Assembly (NCBI GenBank): GCA_043228905.1
Contig: JBHGNT010000017.1
Span: forward strand, 12,152,001-12,216,000
Direction of reading: 5' to 3'
DNA: 64,000 bases
DNA from: Azolla caroliniana
Taxonomy: Eukaryota > Plantae > Polypodiophyta
Shown here: positions 26,301 to 39,600 of the stretch, piece after piece
Numbering within the stretch: position 1 is the first letter of the stretch
Layout of the letters: each line of letters starts with the position of its first letter
Position numbers and translations under genes: made by a program
The notes under the pieces: model-generated
Database searches by the model: none
What the model saw: only the letters and a program-made list of their open reading frames with translations
What the model was told of the DNA's origin: nothing

Positions 26301-28405
26301 TTTGACTAAGTCAGTGGTACATTTTTCGGGATTAGTACTCCTTGTGTAATTTGGTAACTAAGTGAGTAGTATATTGTGCATGATTAGTACTACTTGTGTA
26401 AATTGGGAACTAAGGGAGTAGTACAGTGTTCCTTATTAGTACTAGTTCAGTAATTTAGGAACTATGTGAGTAGTACATTGTTCATGATTGGTACATTGTG
26501 TAATATGGGAAGCAGCTCTTGTGACCTACATTATATATTTTAGATGATGGTACTAACATTCAAGGTTTTTTTGTTTCTTGCAATGAATGTTGTATTGTCA
26601 AGCAACTCCACGCCAGGGAAGGTAATGGAACAACCAGCCCCTGTGCCTAAACCCTCAATATCTGCTGCACATTCCAAGGTTCAGGGACCATCATTACCAA
26701 TAACCTATGATTTTTATGATGAGGATGAATGTATGAGAAGGGCCATTGGAGCAGTGGAACATATGCTTCTACAAACAAATTCCCCAAGCTCCGGTCAACA
26801 TCAAGAAATAGAGCCCACTAAGAAGAGAAATGCAGTTTCTTTACAAATAGAGCCCAATAAGAAGAGAAATGTTGCAAGAATGTTGTATGGAAACGGCAAG
26901 AAAGGCAAAGTTGAATGCAATGGTGAGTCATATAAGTTCTCACCTGTCCGGAGCACTGTCAACCTAATCCATTGTCTAATACCATGTACTTGTGTTACTA
27001 GCTGATGACGAAATGATATTTGGTGATGGAGATACGAGTCCAAAACCTGATTGTGAAGACGAATTTATCACACTCCCAGGTACACGTCAAAAGCCAGACT
27101 TTGAAAACAATGATTTAGCTCATAACAACCCTATTTTTGTTGCTATTATAGATCATAACAACACTGTTGAGCACCTAGATGTTGTGGAGAAGATGACCGA
27201 GCCCACCACTTGCAATGGGGTATCTACGGCTATACAGTATGATGATGTAACATTAGGTAAAAATGTGGCCCTAAACCCTATGTTCATTGTTTGCAAACTT
27301 TTGAGTATGTGAGTTGATACTAATATTCTTTGGAATCCCATTAATTAGGTTTACAAGAGCAGTCTGATTCCCAACTGCAATCAAATGAATCGGGAACTTC
27401 ATGGAGCACAAGTGTAGAGTCAAATTCTGGTCAGAGTCAGAATCAAATTAACCTTTGCACGGAGGCAGACTCTGGAAGCACATCTTCCACGCATGAGGAT
27501 TGTGAGAAAAACGAAGCATTCATATGTGAAGAGCAGCTGGCATGTACAAACAACAGTATGTCTAAAGAAGCCTATGAAGAGTGTGGAAAGAATATGGCAA
27601 GTACTGAAGAGAAGATTGAAGCCCATGAAGAGTGTGGAAAGAATATGGCAAGTACTGAAGAGAAGATTGAAGCCCATGAAGAGTGTGGAAAGAATATGGC
27701 AAGTACTGAAGAGAAGACTGATTGTACTGATAATGTGGCAAGTGCTGAAGAGAAGACTGATTGTAGTGATAATGTGTTAGTAGTGTCTATTGATAATGTG
27801 CTAGTACTGTCTAAAGATTCCCATGAGGATCATGGAAAGAACATTGCTAGTAATGAAGAGGAGCTTGATTGTACTGAGAATGTGCTAGTAGTGTCTTGTG
27901 AAGCCCATGAGGATCGTGGAAAGAACATCGCTTTCCCTGAAGATAAGCCTGATTGTACAGAATCCCATGAGGAGTGTAGAGCGAACAACGTAAGAATGAG
28001 GTGACATCCACCGTACAAGAGGAGTTGACCATGACTACTGCCACGGTCCACATACAGGAGTCTAATAAGAATGAGTGTATAGGCATCGGTGATGATGATA
28101 GGGCAATAAAGATCGCTAGGAGTACAAGCATTCAGGAGATGAGTGATAATTTGTCTATCGACAGCACCTTTGTGGATTTGTGTACAAGCATTGTAGTTGC
28201 AGAAAACATAGTTGCTCTCTCAAGCTTGCCACCAGTACAAGGTGCCCGCGCATCCACGCCTGTCTCTGATGCCTCTGATGATGAAGTGCCACTTAGTCAG
28301 CTCATACCTAAAGGCTTTAAGATAAAGAAGAATGTAAAATCAGAAAAATCTGGCACCAACAACAAGCGCATTACAAGATCGACCAAGTTACCCTCTAGTG
28401 CCTAA
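23389..28405 (+). CDS. Multi-exon cargo gene: basic N-terminus, coiled coil, RING-H2 finger, acidic repetitive C-terminus (later exons approximate and may be disrupted)
   Basis: Open 359-aa frame; GT-AG intron 24465-24554 joins in frame to CIFC..PCLHTYHVLC..CMDC (C3H2C3); further coding-like blocks at 26.6-28.4 kb. Confidence 0.65.
25180..26500. repeat. Intronic minisatellite, 52-bp monomer arranged as a 104-bp dimer
   Basis: ATTAGTACTCC recurs at 25481 and 25585; two 52-bp variants alternate. Confidence 0.9.
27570..27780 (+). repeat. 51-bp coding tandem repeat (EAHEECGKNMASTEEKI)
   Basis: Three near-identical 17-aa units in ORF 27558..28004. Confidence 0.9.
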
Positions 28406-28521
28406 TTGTCTTTCGATTGTACTTCAACTTTAGTTGAAATTGAACTATTTGGATGCCAAAATACTGTTTCAATTGCCAATGTCAAAAATCCAGTTCATGA
28501 ATCTGAAATAGTTATACCAGT

Positions 28522-29414
28522 GTGAAATCAAGTTCATGTTTAAGAATTGCTTCTGTATTTTGCTCGTCAACATATATCAAAAACAATGGGAATATACTTT
28601 TTGATCTAAGTATTCTTATTTTACAACGTTTTGTTTCTTTTTTGAGATCATCTCCTAATCCTCGCAAAGTCTTTCAGTCTGTTGTAGATAAAATGCTTGA
28701 AAGTCTTCTTAGCTTGCTAGGAAAATTTAGGTTTTCAAGTGTTGATGATGAGAAACAGAAAATATCGGGTGTTATTGAAGATATACTGAAGTATAGACTG
28801 TTTCATCAATCTCATTTGGAGGGTAACCAGAATGTGTGCAAATTGTTGAAGCAATGCGAGCCATATTTTGATGATATCATCCCAAAGGATGAACCATCCA
28901 CTAACAGTAGTAAGGAAACACTTACCTTTTTGAGCTATCACAAATTATTGTTTCAGGAGCTGGATTATTTTGTTAAGGAAAGGAAGGTCTGTACTTTAAA
29001 ATCCATAGCCTGGATATTCAGGACTTATATACGAGAAGTTAAAACTCAAATGGCTTCACAGGACATATCATGAAACAAAAAAGGATTCTGAGAGAATAAT
29101 TTTCTTTGTTGTCTTCACAGAATTCATTGCCCCCTTTGAAGAATGAACTTATAGTAGAAAATCTTACAATATTAAACTCTTTAATGAATTCAACTAACAA
29201 TCTTCTCTTGGTAGCAAAAGAAGAGCAGATTTATGTGCCAACAGAGGACACACCAACTCTTATGAATCTAGACTTTATCAAGAAGATATACAATATTTTT
29301 ACTCATTTTAACATGGCTCTGCAAAACTTCTATGCTCAAATAACATCAGGAAACATGAGCAATATCGGCAATGAAGAAATCCAAGTCCTGTTGACAACAG
29401 CTAATATATTATGA
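28522..29414 (+). other. Unidentified coding-like region in the Sola2 element (183-aa and 102-aa frames)
   Basis: Two long frames of helical character in AT-rich DNA; no recognisable motif. Confidence 0.35.
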
Positions 29415-29651
29415 AAGATAAGTACAAGTGGTTGAGAGGCATAAACAGAGGACACACCAACTCTTATGAATCTAGACTTTATCAAGAAGATATACAATAT
29501 TTTTACTCATTTTAACATGGCTCTGCAAAACTTCTATGCTCAAATAACATCAGGAAACATGAGCAATATCGGCAATGAAGAAATCCAAGTCCTGTTGACA
29601 ACAACTAATATATTATGAAAGATAAGTACAAGTGGTTGAGAGGCATAAACA
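29240..29651. repeat. 204-bp tandem duplication, near identical
   Basis: ACAGAGGACACACCAACTC at 29241 and 29445. Confidence 0.95.
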
Positions 29652-29763
29652 CTTTAGAAGAAAGAAGAAATATATCAATTCATTTGTCAATCATCAAAAT
29701 TAATACTGAACTCCAAGTGGATGTTTTTCAGTTTTCTGGTACAATGTATTGATAGGGTGACTT

Positions 29764-32700
29764 TCAAACATTAAATAGAGAGACCTCCCCTAATATGTGC
29801 TCATGAACCTCTTGGGGGACCTTGTAGACAGTGTTGTATCCCTTAACCTTGTGCTTTGCTTGAGTCATATTGAATTTGATCGCAAGAATGGCATCAGCGT
29901 AGATTATTGCGATGGGTGCTTCTTTTAGTAATGCATATGTGTTCTTGCACTGCGACAACTTTGCATAATAGTTTCCATACACGACAGACTCACCAACGTT
30001 GAAATTGTTGCCCCAACCATCCCTCACCACTTCTTTCAATAATGTCTTTCCTTGCTTGCACACCACAATGTAGTAGTCTTCTAAATCTTCATTCTGAGGA
30101 GATTTGAGCACTGCAAAATGATCTCCAACTTCCAATAAAACTGCCAAGTCTTGATTTTGGTTGTAGTATACAATATCGTTTGAATGCACATCCTCTTCAA
30201 TATCATCTTGTCGTTTAGGCTCAAGCTTCTGCAGCTTCCAGGGCTCCACGATTGATAGGTTGATGCATTTATCCCAAGCTTCATCTAGTCACATGGAACA
30301 AAAGCATGATAAACTATGGAGTTACAACAATTGTGTTGTGTCCTTGCGGCTAAACCCTAACACACAATGGGTGCCGCGTGTGCCTTTCACGGTTTTACAA
30401 CCATATGATTTAGTTCTATCGACCTCATCAGCACGAACTTCAACAAACAATCTGTTCTTACCATCATTTGACATCTTCCATGTTAGCCAGTGCACAACAT
30501 CATGTGCATTTTGTAACTTAGCACCATTATTATCCAACTGCTCACTTTTAAGGGATCGTTTGATCACAGCCCCCGCACCATCATGCTCTCCTTTTCCATG
30601 TCCAGACCCGAAGTAATTCCATTGCATACGAATATTGAATAAGGAGAAATACCTGCTTTGGTATCTCAAGTTTCCAACAAAATTAGTACTATGTTGTCAA
30701 TTGAGAGTACTACACTCTACACTTATTAAAATATAAATAGTACTATGTTGTCAACCAACAGTACCTGGCGTCCATTTAATACTAACTTAGTATGGATATA
30801 GCACAAAGTATAGTACACTGAGTTCATGGAAAGCACTCTACATGTATTAACAGATAAATAGTACAAAATGTTCAATATCGGATAGTACAGTACAATGTGT
30901 CCACGGAGAACACAACCCTCCTTAGAAAATCATTAGTACTACAAGACATGTACTTTACATCCCCCAATAAACACTGATTTAGTATAGATACAACACATCA
31001 TGAGTAAATACTGATTTAGTACAATTCTCTTAAGGACGGACAATACTATAAGTACAAGATGAGTACTTTACATCCTTTTGTAAACACAACATAGTACAAA
31101 ACCAACACACAACATAGTACAATGTGTCTATGGAGAACCCTTCACATGGATTAATCGATGCTTAGTACAATTCTCTTAAGGACGGACAATACTATGAGTA
31201 CAAGATGAGTACTTTACATCCTCCTATAAACACAACATAGTACAAATACAACACACAACATAGTACAATGTGTCTATGGAGAACCCTTCACATGGATTAA
31301 AACATAATTAGTACAATTCTCTTAAGGACGGACAATACTATGAGTACAAGATGAGTACTTTACATCCTTTTGTAAACACAACATAGTACAGAACCAACAC
31401 ACAACATAGTACAATGTGTCTATGGAGAACCCTTCACATGGAGTAAAACATAATTAGTACAATTCTCTTAAGCACGGACAATACTCTGAGTACAATATGA
31501 GTACTTTACATCCTTCTATACACACAACATAGTACAGATACAACACACAACATAGTACAATGTGTCTATGGAGAACACTTGACATGGATAAAAAGATAAT
31601 TAGTACAATTCTCTTAAGGACGGACAATACTATGAGTACAAGATGAGTACTTTACATCCTTTTGTAAACACAACATAGTACAATGTGTCTATGGAGAACA
31701 CTTCACATGGATTAAAAGTTACTTAGTACAATTCTCTTAAGGACGGACAATAGTATAGAGTACAATACGAGTACTTTACATCCTTCAGTAAATACTGATT
31801 TAGTACAGATACAACACACAACATAGTACAAACAAAATTAGTATGCATGCATCCATTCACAAGTGCAAGATTCAAATAGTTACAAACATAATTAGTATGC
31901 ATCCATGTGAATAGTATTGTTTGTTAATAGTTACAAACATAACTAGTATGCATCCACTAACACAAGAATTACTTCCTTACACATTGCATGATAAGTACCA
32001 AACATATGGATTAAAAATTACCTGGCGATAAAGTAGAACGATCGTGCCGCCTTAAACTGCGAGGCAGCACCATCAGACCAAACCCAATGACGGTTAAAGG
32101 TTAACCCTAGAGAAAATAAATCTGCATGGTGAAGCTTAAAACAATGTTGAACAAATAGTGTATCATGCCTTTTATCATCTGAAATGTAAAATATTGATTT
32201 CTTATGTAACTCACCGTCTTGCCTCCAATAGCAAATATGTACAAGTATTGTACATTGATCATTATACCAATGCATTGATTGAACCTCATTTTGAACTTTA
32301 AATGTATAGTTTTCTGCAAAATCAATAACGGATACGATGACACCCGTTGGTAAGTTATTAATACATTCCTTGAACTGTGAATTTTGCCAATAACTCCGGA
32401 AGTTATGTGGAATGAACTCCCCAAGTTGTTTCTTAAATTCTGAGACAAGGGTAGCAACACATGTCTCCTTATATACTTCCTTGATACGCTTAGTTACAAC
32501 TCCCTTGCCAATATTTTCAGTCACATACTCCAAATATTTCCATTTCACGATATGACTATTTCCCAAATCAAGCTCCTGCCTACAAAATAATGGTAGCGGA
32601 CAAACCTTACATGTTCTTAATAGACATGTACGACGATGCCACTCACATGATGGTTCTTTTTCACAAACACAAGACCTCCATAGCTCAGAAACGGATGCAT

Positions 32701-33690
32701 AAGTCATGTTTCGTGCATTACACCTATTATCCTCCCCATTTGGTCTACAAATCTCACAAGTGCAGACACATAATTCCCCATGTATACCCTTAGAATCAGT
32801 ACGCATTGCATTCACTGCTAGCCTTAACATGTCCATCTTCACATGGTACACACAACAACATGTATTCCTCTCATTTAATTTTCTAACATAAAATGGTTTC
32901 AAACCTTGGAACTTGCGGAATCCAACAGTCAAGCTTGGATGTTGGTCTTTAAAGTTCATGTACAATTCAGCCTACATCAACCAATATATATAGCAAACAT
33001 TAATATACACTTGGTCAAAACACAAAGTTATGGAATGTGAATTGATATAAAAAAATGGAATACCTCTATCATCTCCAAGAAGTGTCTAGGGTGAATCTGG
33101 TACTTACCCTGACTTATTCGTTGTCTACACACGTCCTTCTTATTTGGTGAGACACGCGTATTTTTGGCCCAAAATGAATCCAATTTCTCAATAATCTCTT
33201 GAGATAATGTATCACATCGTCGTCTACGTCCCAACCCCAACCACTTGAATTTGCTTCAGTGTATATTTCGGCGATGTTTCCTCAAGTTCCTTCTTTGAAT
33301 ACCCAGGGCTAAGGCAACTTTAGTATCACTATATTTTTTTTCTCTCGCACCGTTCACAACCATGTGTAGGGCTGCCCTCTTTGCAGCAAGTTTGTCTAAG
33401 CTCTCTACACCTTTCACTAAGTCTAGGGATGACTTCATAGACTCCACAATCTCTTCTGAAACACATTGATCCCTAAATTTTATTCTCTCCATGTCTTCAT
33501 TCAAACTTTGATGGTGTAACACTCTACAGATAATATCCCTACGATCCTCTTCACTAAATCTCTTCGTTATTTCTACCAAATAACAGACTATGTGAAGAAC
33601 CACTCGTCTCTTAGTCCTTTCAGATATGCATGAGTTACTTGACAACTCACTCTCGTTAGGAACCCCCATTCGGTCACTAGATTTATCCAC
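29764..33690 (-). CDS. Sola2-type DDD transposase, spliced
   Basis: RNTCCCVYH; DFAENY..QNEVQSMHW; SDDKRHD; WSDGAASQFK; intron ~30653-32021; WNYFGSGHGKGEHDGAGAVIKR; CFCSMC zinc motif near 30290-30310. Confidence 0.85.
31018..31830. repeat. 146-bp tandem repeat (~5.5 copies) in the transposase intron
   Basis: AGTACAATTCTCTTAAG at 31018, 31164, 31310, 31456, 31602, 31725. Confidence 0.93.
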
Positions 33691-33901
33691 AAAAATTAAG
33701 TGTCTTGTGAAAGTAGTTAATGTTATATAGACTCAACCAAGAAAACACAATCAAATGTTTTTAAATGTGGCTTGCAAAGTGAGAAATATTTTGTTTCAAA
33801 CATTAGAATTACATATCAAATATGACAAATGTCAATTCTAAAAATTTAGTACTGAAATATGAAGAAATGAAACATTTTAGTACTGAAAATAAAAAAATGG
33901 A

Positions 33902-34150
33902 TGGAAGGAACCTCCAATGGTGAAGGGAGCGTTGGATATGCCGCCTCGATTTGGTGGAAGGAACCTCCAATGGTGGAGGGAGCGTAGATATGCAGCCTCA
34001 ATTTGGTGGAAGGAACCTCCAATGGTGGAGGGAGCGTTGGATATGCCGCCTCGATTTGGTGGAAGGAACCTCCAATGGTGGAGGGAGCGTTGGATATGCC
34101 GCCTCGATTTGGTGGAAGGAACCTCCAATGCCGCCTCGATTTGGTGGAAA
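33902..34150. repeat. 53-bp tandem repeat (~4.5 copies) upstream of the Sola2 transposase
   Basis: TGGAAGGAACCTCCAATG at 33902, 33955 and onward. Confidence 0.93.
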
Positions 34151-34699
34151 AAGCACCAAATCACCACGACATCAACTGCAATCGGTGGAAGTAAGAAAGT
34201 CGTTGTCGAAGAAGTCACTATTGGCTGCTACCTAAACCCTCAGAACAGTCTCTGTACCTCAACCTAAACCCTAACAAAAACAGAAACCCTAAAAAAATCA
34301 GAAATCCTCAACTCAAACTCTCCAACCAGACATGGATGTCTGAGATTTAGATTGAAGGAAAATCAGAAACGTGACGTGGATGTCTGTGATGAAAAGCTCA
34401 GAGGGATAGAGGAAGAGAAGTATGAGGGGAAGCGCCAAAACGACGTGAGGGGAAGCGCCAAAATCGATGTGAGGGGAAAATACCCCCCAAATTGGAAGAA
34501 CATCTCCTCATGTGTTCCCCCCACTCCTTCTACAGTAAATGACACTTGTACTACAGTCACCCCACTCTCCAAAATCGATTTTCTTTTTCTCTAATTTTTT
34601 TTTTGGATTATTCAGTACTAACAGTATTGAAAGTACTGACAATTTTTGTGGCCAAAAACAGTACTTTTCTGGTACACCGTAGCGTGCTTCGACCCATTA

Positions 34700-36540
34700 G
34701 AAAGTGTACCTTACATACAATATCGGCATTTTAATCGATTATGGAGATCAAAGTTTAACAATGTGGTCATGCCCCTCAAGGTCCGGATGGGTGTTTGCTT
34801 TGTGTGTGGAAGTTTAAAAAGCATGGCAAAGAGTGGGACAACAGATGAAGAAATAAACAATTATAAGATTTTATTAAAAGAACATCATGAAAGTCAAGCG
34901 TTGGAAAGATCTAAAGTTATGCAACATTGTCAAAAAGCACTTCAATCACCGGAAAGGTACTTGTGCTTGATTATAGATTGGATGGATTAGAAGAAAACTT
35001 GTTTACCACACTTTCGAAGGTTGCTCAAGGATATTGGAGATGAATGCCTAGTGTAGATGCACTTAATAGTTTGTTTTCTATATTGTCAAACAATAAGGCC
35101 TCAAGTGTAACTCCTAACTTATCCAAATATCCACAACAGCCCTAATCTTACAATAACAGTGATGCAAAGAGTTTTGCATATTTGGCAAGGTTTACTCCCA
35201 CCAGTACTATACGTGCAACTAGACAACACGACGAGAGAAAACAAGAACTCAATTGTGTTTGGTTATTTAAGCATGTTAGTAGACAAGTGTATTTTCAAAA
35301 AGATTAAGGTCAACTTCTTATTAGTTGGTCACACACATAATCACATAGATAAAATGTTTAGTAAGTTCTCCAAGAAATTAGAGAGATGTGATGCTTTCAC
35401 ACTTCCTATGATGTCTAAGTTGATCACTGAAGATTATGATTTTAAACGCTTCTATGTGCATGGTGATGGAACTCGATGTAGGGTTCTTGCTAAGCTTAAT
35501 AATATAAGTTTTAACCATGTCTTCCTAATCCAAAAAACCGTGGTTGGTCACAACTAGACAATGTTGTATGCCAAAGAATACTCATCTAGTTTGCAATGGG
35601 AGCCACAAGACGGATGTAGGCTCTTATTGCATTTCCCAGATGCATTAATATATAGTGCAGAACAAATGCCCTATGACGTCCACAAAAGATTGGCTACTAG
35701 TAGTTTGATTGAAGAGCAAAAGATATATTGGATCCAGTGCCTTGAGGAAAGACACAAAAATATTGAGAGAACCAAAAAGTACGTTAATGATCAGGATGTG
35801 AAATGGTTGGATAACTTCTTTAATCATCAACATACGATATTAGATAACTACTTTGCGTGGGTATGGCCACTACAAAATCAATTCGAATGGAATATTGGTG
35901 GCCCATCAATGGCAAGCATGACTTGTTTACAACCACTAAATAATCTTGAATTGGATAATTTAGTTCGTCCACGACAAAGAGATATTTACGTGGGACTAAG
36001 ATTATTGCATGTTGTTGAGGGGAGATGGCAAGGCAAACTACATAAGCTGCAAGTTGGTATGTTGTTAGTAACATTAGGTAGGGATGATAAGTTGGGGCAT
36101 CCCTTTTGGATTGCTAAAATCATTGAAATTATTAAGGATGATGAAGGCAATCAAGTTCAATCCATTGTGGTTCATTGGTATCATACCTCTTCCAAAGATG
36201 CATTTACTGGGAAGTACTCTTTAGAGATGGTTAAGGATATCGGAGGCACAATCAGAAAGCGGAGAAGAAAGAATCTACCCAACACGTCTACCCTAGATGA
36301 CGTGTTGGTCCTAGATGAAGATATTAAAAGAGAAGGTCCTAGATGTGCATGATGACGCATTACAGATACGAACAAGGAATATGTCTCATAATCACAATGA
36401 CGTTGGATTGCAATTGGATGAAGACAATGCATAGGTTGCTAGTGATGATGAGGATGAGACCTCACAAAGCTCTTCTAGTTCATTGGGTGGGTTTGAAGGG
36501 GAAGGTGTATCTCTGGGAAGTGATGGATCTCATATATGAA
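34700..36540 (+). pseudogene. Sola1/DUF7869-like DDD transposase, catalytic and C-terminal part (decayed)
   Basis: CFVC; CLIIDWMD*KKTCLP; LYVQLDNTTRENKN; FLLVGHTHNHIDKMFS; C-terminal PFWIAKI..VVHWY. Confidence 0.82.
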
Positions 36541-36649
36541 ATGTAAATATTGTAACTTACATCAATATGAAGATTCACAAATATGTATAAATCATTTTGT
36601 AATTTCTGTACGTTCTCTCTTGTAAATTTCACATGTCGATTATTTAGAC

Positions 36650-39600
36650 CCGTCAGCAAATTGGTTTGCTCAGAACGGCCTCAGAGTGTTCGAGTCATTC
36701 GAACAATTAACTACTAGATTCATACAACTATTTCATAGACAGGTCTCACACAAGGATCTGATCAATCAATTCTATGTGGCACACCAGGAACCCCATGAAA
36801 TGGTGTCACAATTTGTGCTCCGATTTCTGAATTTACAACTTCAAATTTCCAAGACAATACAAAGATATTTTTTTTCAAGTGATTAGGGAATCTCTTCGAA
36901 CAAATTTAGTAGTGTTCGATTTTCGTAATCAATCAATCAATCAGCTGATTGATAAAGCATTAGCTATGGATCAAACACACAAAAATACAAATAGCATGAA
37001 TATGTCCGCATTACATAACATTTTACTAACATTGGAAGAGTTCAGATTTCGGCAAGCGGTTTAGTGTAAGACTTGCTTTAACATAGGACAATCGACAATG
37101 GAATGCAGTTGCGCACCCATTGTACTATATGTCATTCTAAAGCTCATTCAGTCGAACAATGTGAATATAATTTTCTTAACAAAACGGCACCACCTGTTCA
37201 ACAAATTGATCTAGAAAATTCTTATCAAGAGAACAGGAATAGATCAAATAATCGATCTCAGGAGAATGATCGGTATTACTCGAATAGGCGGGTTGATAAT
37301 TAGAGAAATGATAACGATTATGGTTGAGATGAATATCGGCGGAACAATCGATATGAACCAAGAAGGGATGATGATTAGCAAAACGACTATCGTCATGATG
37401 ATCGGAATAATCCTAATAGGAATTATTCACCAGAGAGAGATAATGGTAATTAACAACCATATAGAGGAGATCATTATCAAGACAATCGGAAGTCTAATAA
37501 CTTTCTACGTCAAGATGATAATCGTCAGGGTAATCGGCGGTTCAATGATAATAAGAAGCTGAAGGGATCTCGACAATTTCAGCATGACACTCGACAAAGG
37601 GAAAATTCCGAGTCAAACGATGATGGGTGTCCACGATATGAAACCGGTGAAGCAAGTTGTTCATGAGAACTGAATTGCTACATATGTAGAATAGATGGGC
37701 ATTATGCGAATCAATGTCCAACAAAGCAAAAAGGGAAGGCACCAACCATCAATATGGTTGTACCCGAAATTCAACAAGTAACCACTCGAAGTAAAGGTAA
37801 GCAGTCGGAGTGGGAAGTCCAAGAAGCCATTTGGAAAGAAACTAAAGAATGGGTGGAAGAAGCTAATCAAAATAATGTAGCCAGAATGATCCAAGATAAT
37901 GAATTATCCAATAAGGAACAATCTGTGCCTCAGGCTAAGACATTCCCAATACAAGAACAAGAGGAGGCTTGGAAGATTCTGGCTAACTATCAACTATCAA
38001 TACCTTTGATAGGATTACTGAAATTAGTGCCCTGTTTGACAGAAAAGGTGGCAACTCTCCTTGCACAAAAAGATGTAGCATAGGTATCAGTTAACTATAA
38101 CCAACCAAGCAATGGTCCAACAATCATGGATGAACAAAGCCCTCCAATAAATGTGATCATTCGGGGGAAAGAGGTGTCCGGAACTAATGTTGATGGTGGA
38201 TCGGGAGTCAATGTCATCAATAAGATGACCTATGATAAACTTGGAATTACCGAGTGGGATGCATATCCTTTCTGGTTAAGAATGGCGGACACGAGCACAG
38301 TCCGACCACTCAGGTTAATCCGGCAATTAGATGTCATTTTAGGGGGCCATGTTTTTCAAATATTGGTAGTGGTGCTTCATTTGGATGCTCTTGGCGCACA
38401 TCAACTCCTATTTGGTCAACCATTGTTAAAAACGGTTAATATTAAGCAAAATTGGAACAAGAATGTGCTAACATTCAGGAAGGGTATTTAACTAAAATCT
38501 AGATATCAACTCAGAACAAAGTCAGCTCGGCTCATCAATGTCTACCAGTCCATGCAAAGTCAATTAATATGATGAAAGGACTCGATGAAACGGAGGAAGA
38601 ACGGTATTTTAATGACAATCCAAAAATCATTCCCTTATTCAAAGTAGACATTTTGCAAACACTCACTTCTTATATAGAAGACAAGGAAGATGAAGTTCTG
38701 GTAGATAAGTGGTCATTAAAAGAGATTCGATTGCAGTAGGAAGCCACTAAAAAGGAAATGTAGGTGTCTCAAAGAGTACAAGCATCAGCAGTGGAGGAAT
38801 TAAATTTAGCCGACACCGAAGCAGAACCTAAGACTATACTAATAGCCAATGAAATGCTAGTGGCTGAAAAGGAGGAATTAATTTAAGCATTTATTGAGAC
38901 AATACAAAGATGTCTTTTCTTGGTCATTCGAGGACATGAAAGGATCTAGCATTTTGCCAACATCAGATAAATTTACATAAGGATGCAAAGTTGGTGCAAT
39001 AGCGTCATTGCCAACTAAATCCAAACTATGCGGTGAAAGTCAAGGAAGTAATTAACAAGTTACTCAAGGTCGGATTTATTCGACTAGTAAAAAAGGAAAC
39101 TTGGTTGAGTCCAATCGTAGTCGTACGTAAGAAGAATAGTAAAATTCGGGTATGTGTCGATTACAGGAAACTCAATGTAGCTACAGTAACAAACACATTT
39201 CCGTTACCATTTACGGACAACATTCTAAATGCAGTAGCAGGCCATGAGATTTACAGTTTTCTTGATGGTTTCAATGGGTATAATCAAATTCGCAAGCATT
39301 TGGAAGATCAAGAAAAGATAGCTTTCATAACCGAATGGGGTGTATTTGTGGCAATGGTCATGATGTTCGGGTTGAAAACGGCTCCTACAACATTTCAACG
39401 GGTAATTCAAGAAATTTTTAATGATTATATTCCTGCATTGATGGAAGTTTTTCTCGATGACTTTACGATCTATAGTCAGAAGACCGACCACATAGAACAT
39501 TTACGACTATGTTTAGACCGGTGTCGACAAGGTCGATTTAGTCTTAATCCAGCTAAATGTGCATTCGGCGTAACAAGTGGTGCATTGTTGGGACATATAG

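Larger units (their letters stand above)
22363..34695 (-). mobile_element. Complete 12.3-kb Sola2-type DNA transposon with cargo
   Basis: 26-bp TIRs GGGTCGAAGCAYGCTACGGTGTACCA at 22363-22388 and 34670-34695 (1 mismatch); 4-bp TSD ATTA at 22359-22362 and 34696-34699; GGG..CCC termini; Sola2-like transposase on minus strand. Confidence 0.88.

Noticed and set aside
25180-26500. CRISPR-like regular array
   Set aside because: Units are contiguous tandem repeats with no unique spacers, no cas genes are present, and the context is a eukaryotic intron; the same applies to 31018-31830 and 33902-34150
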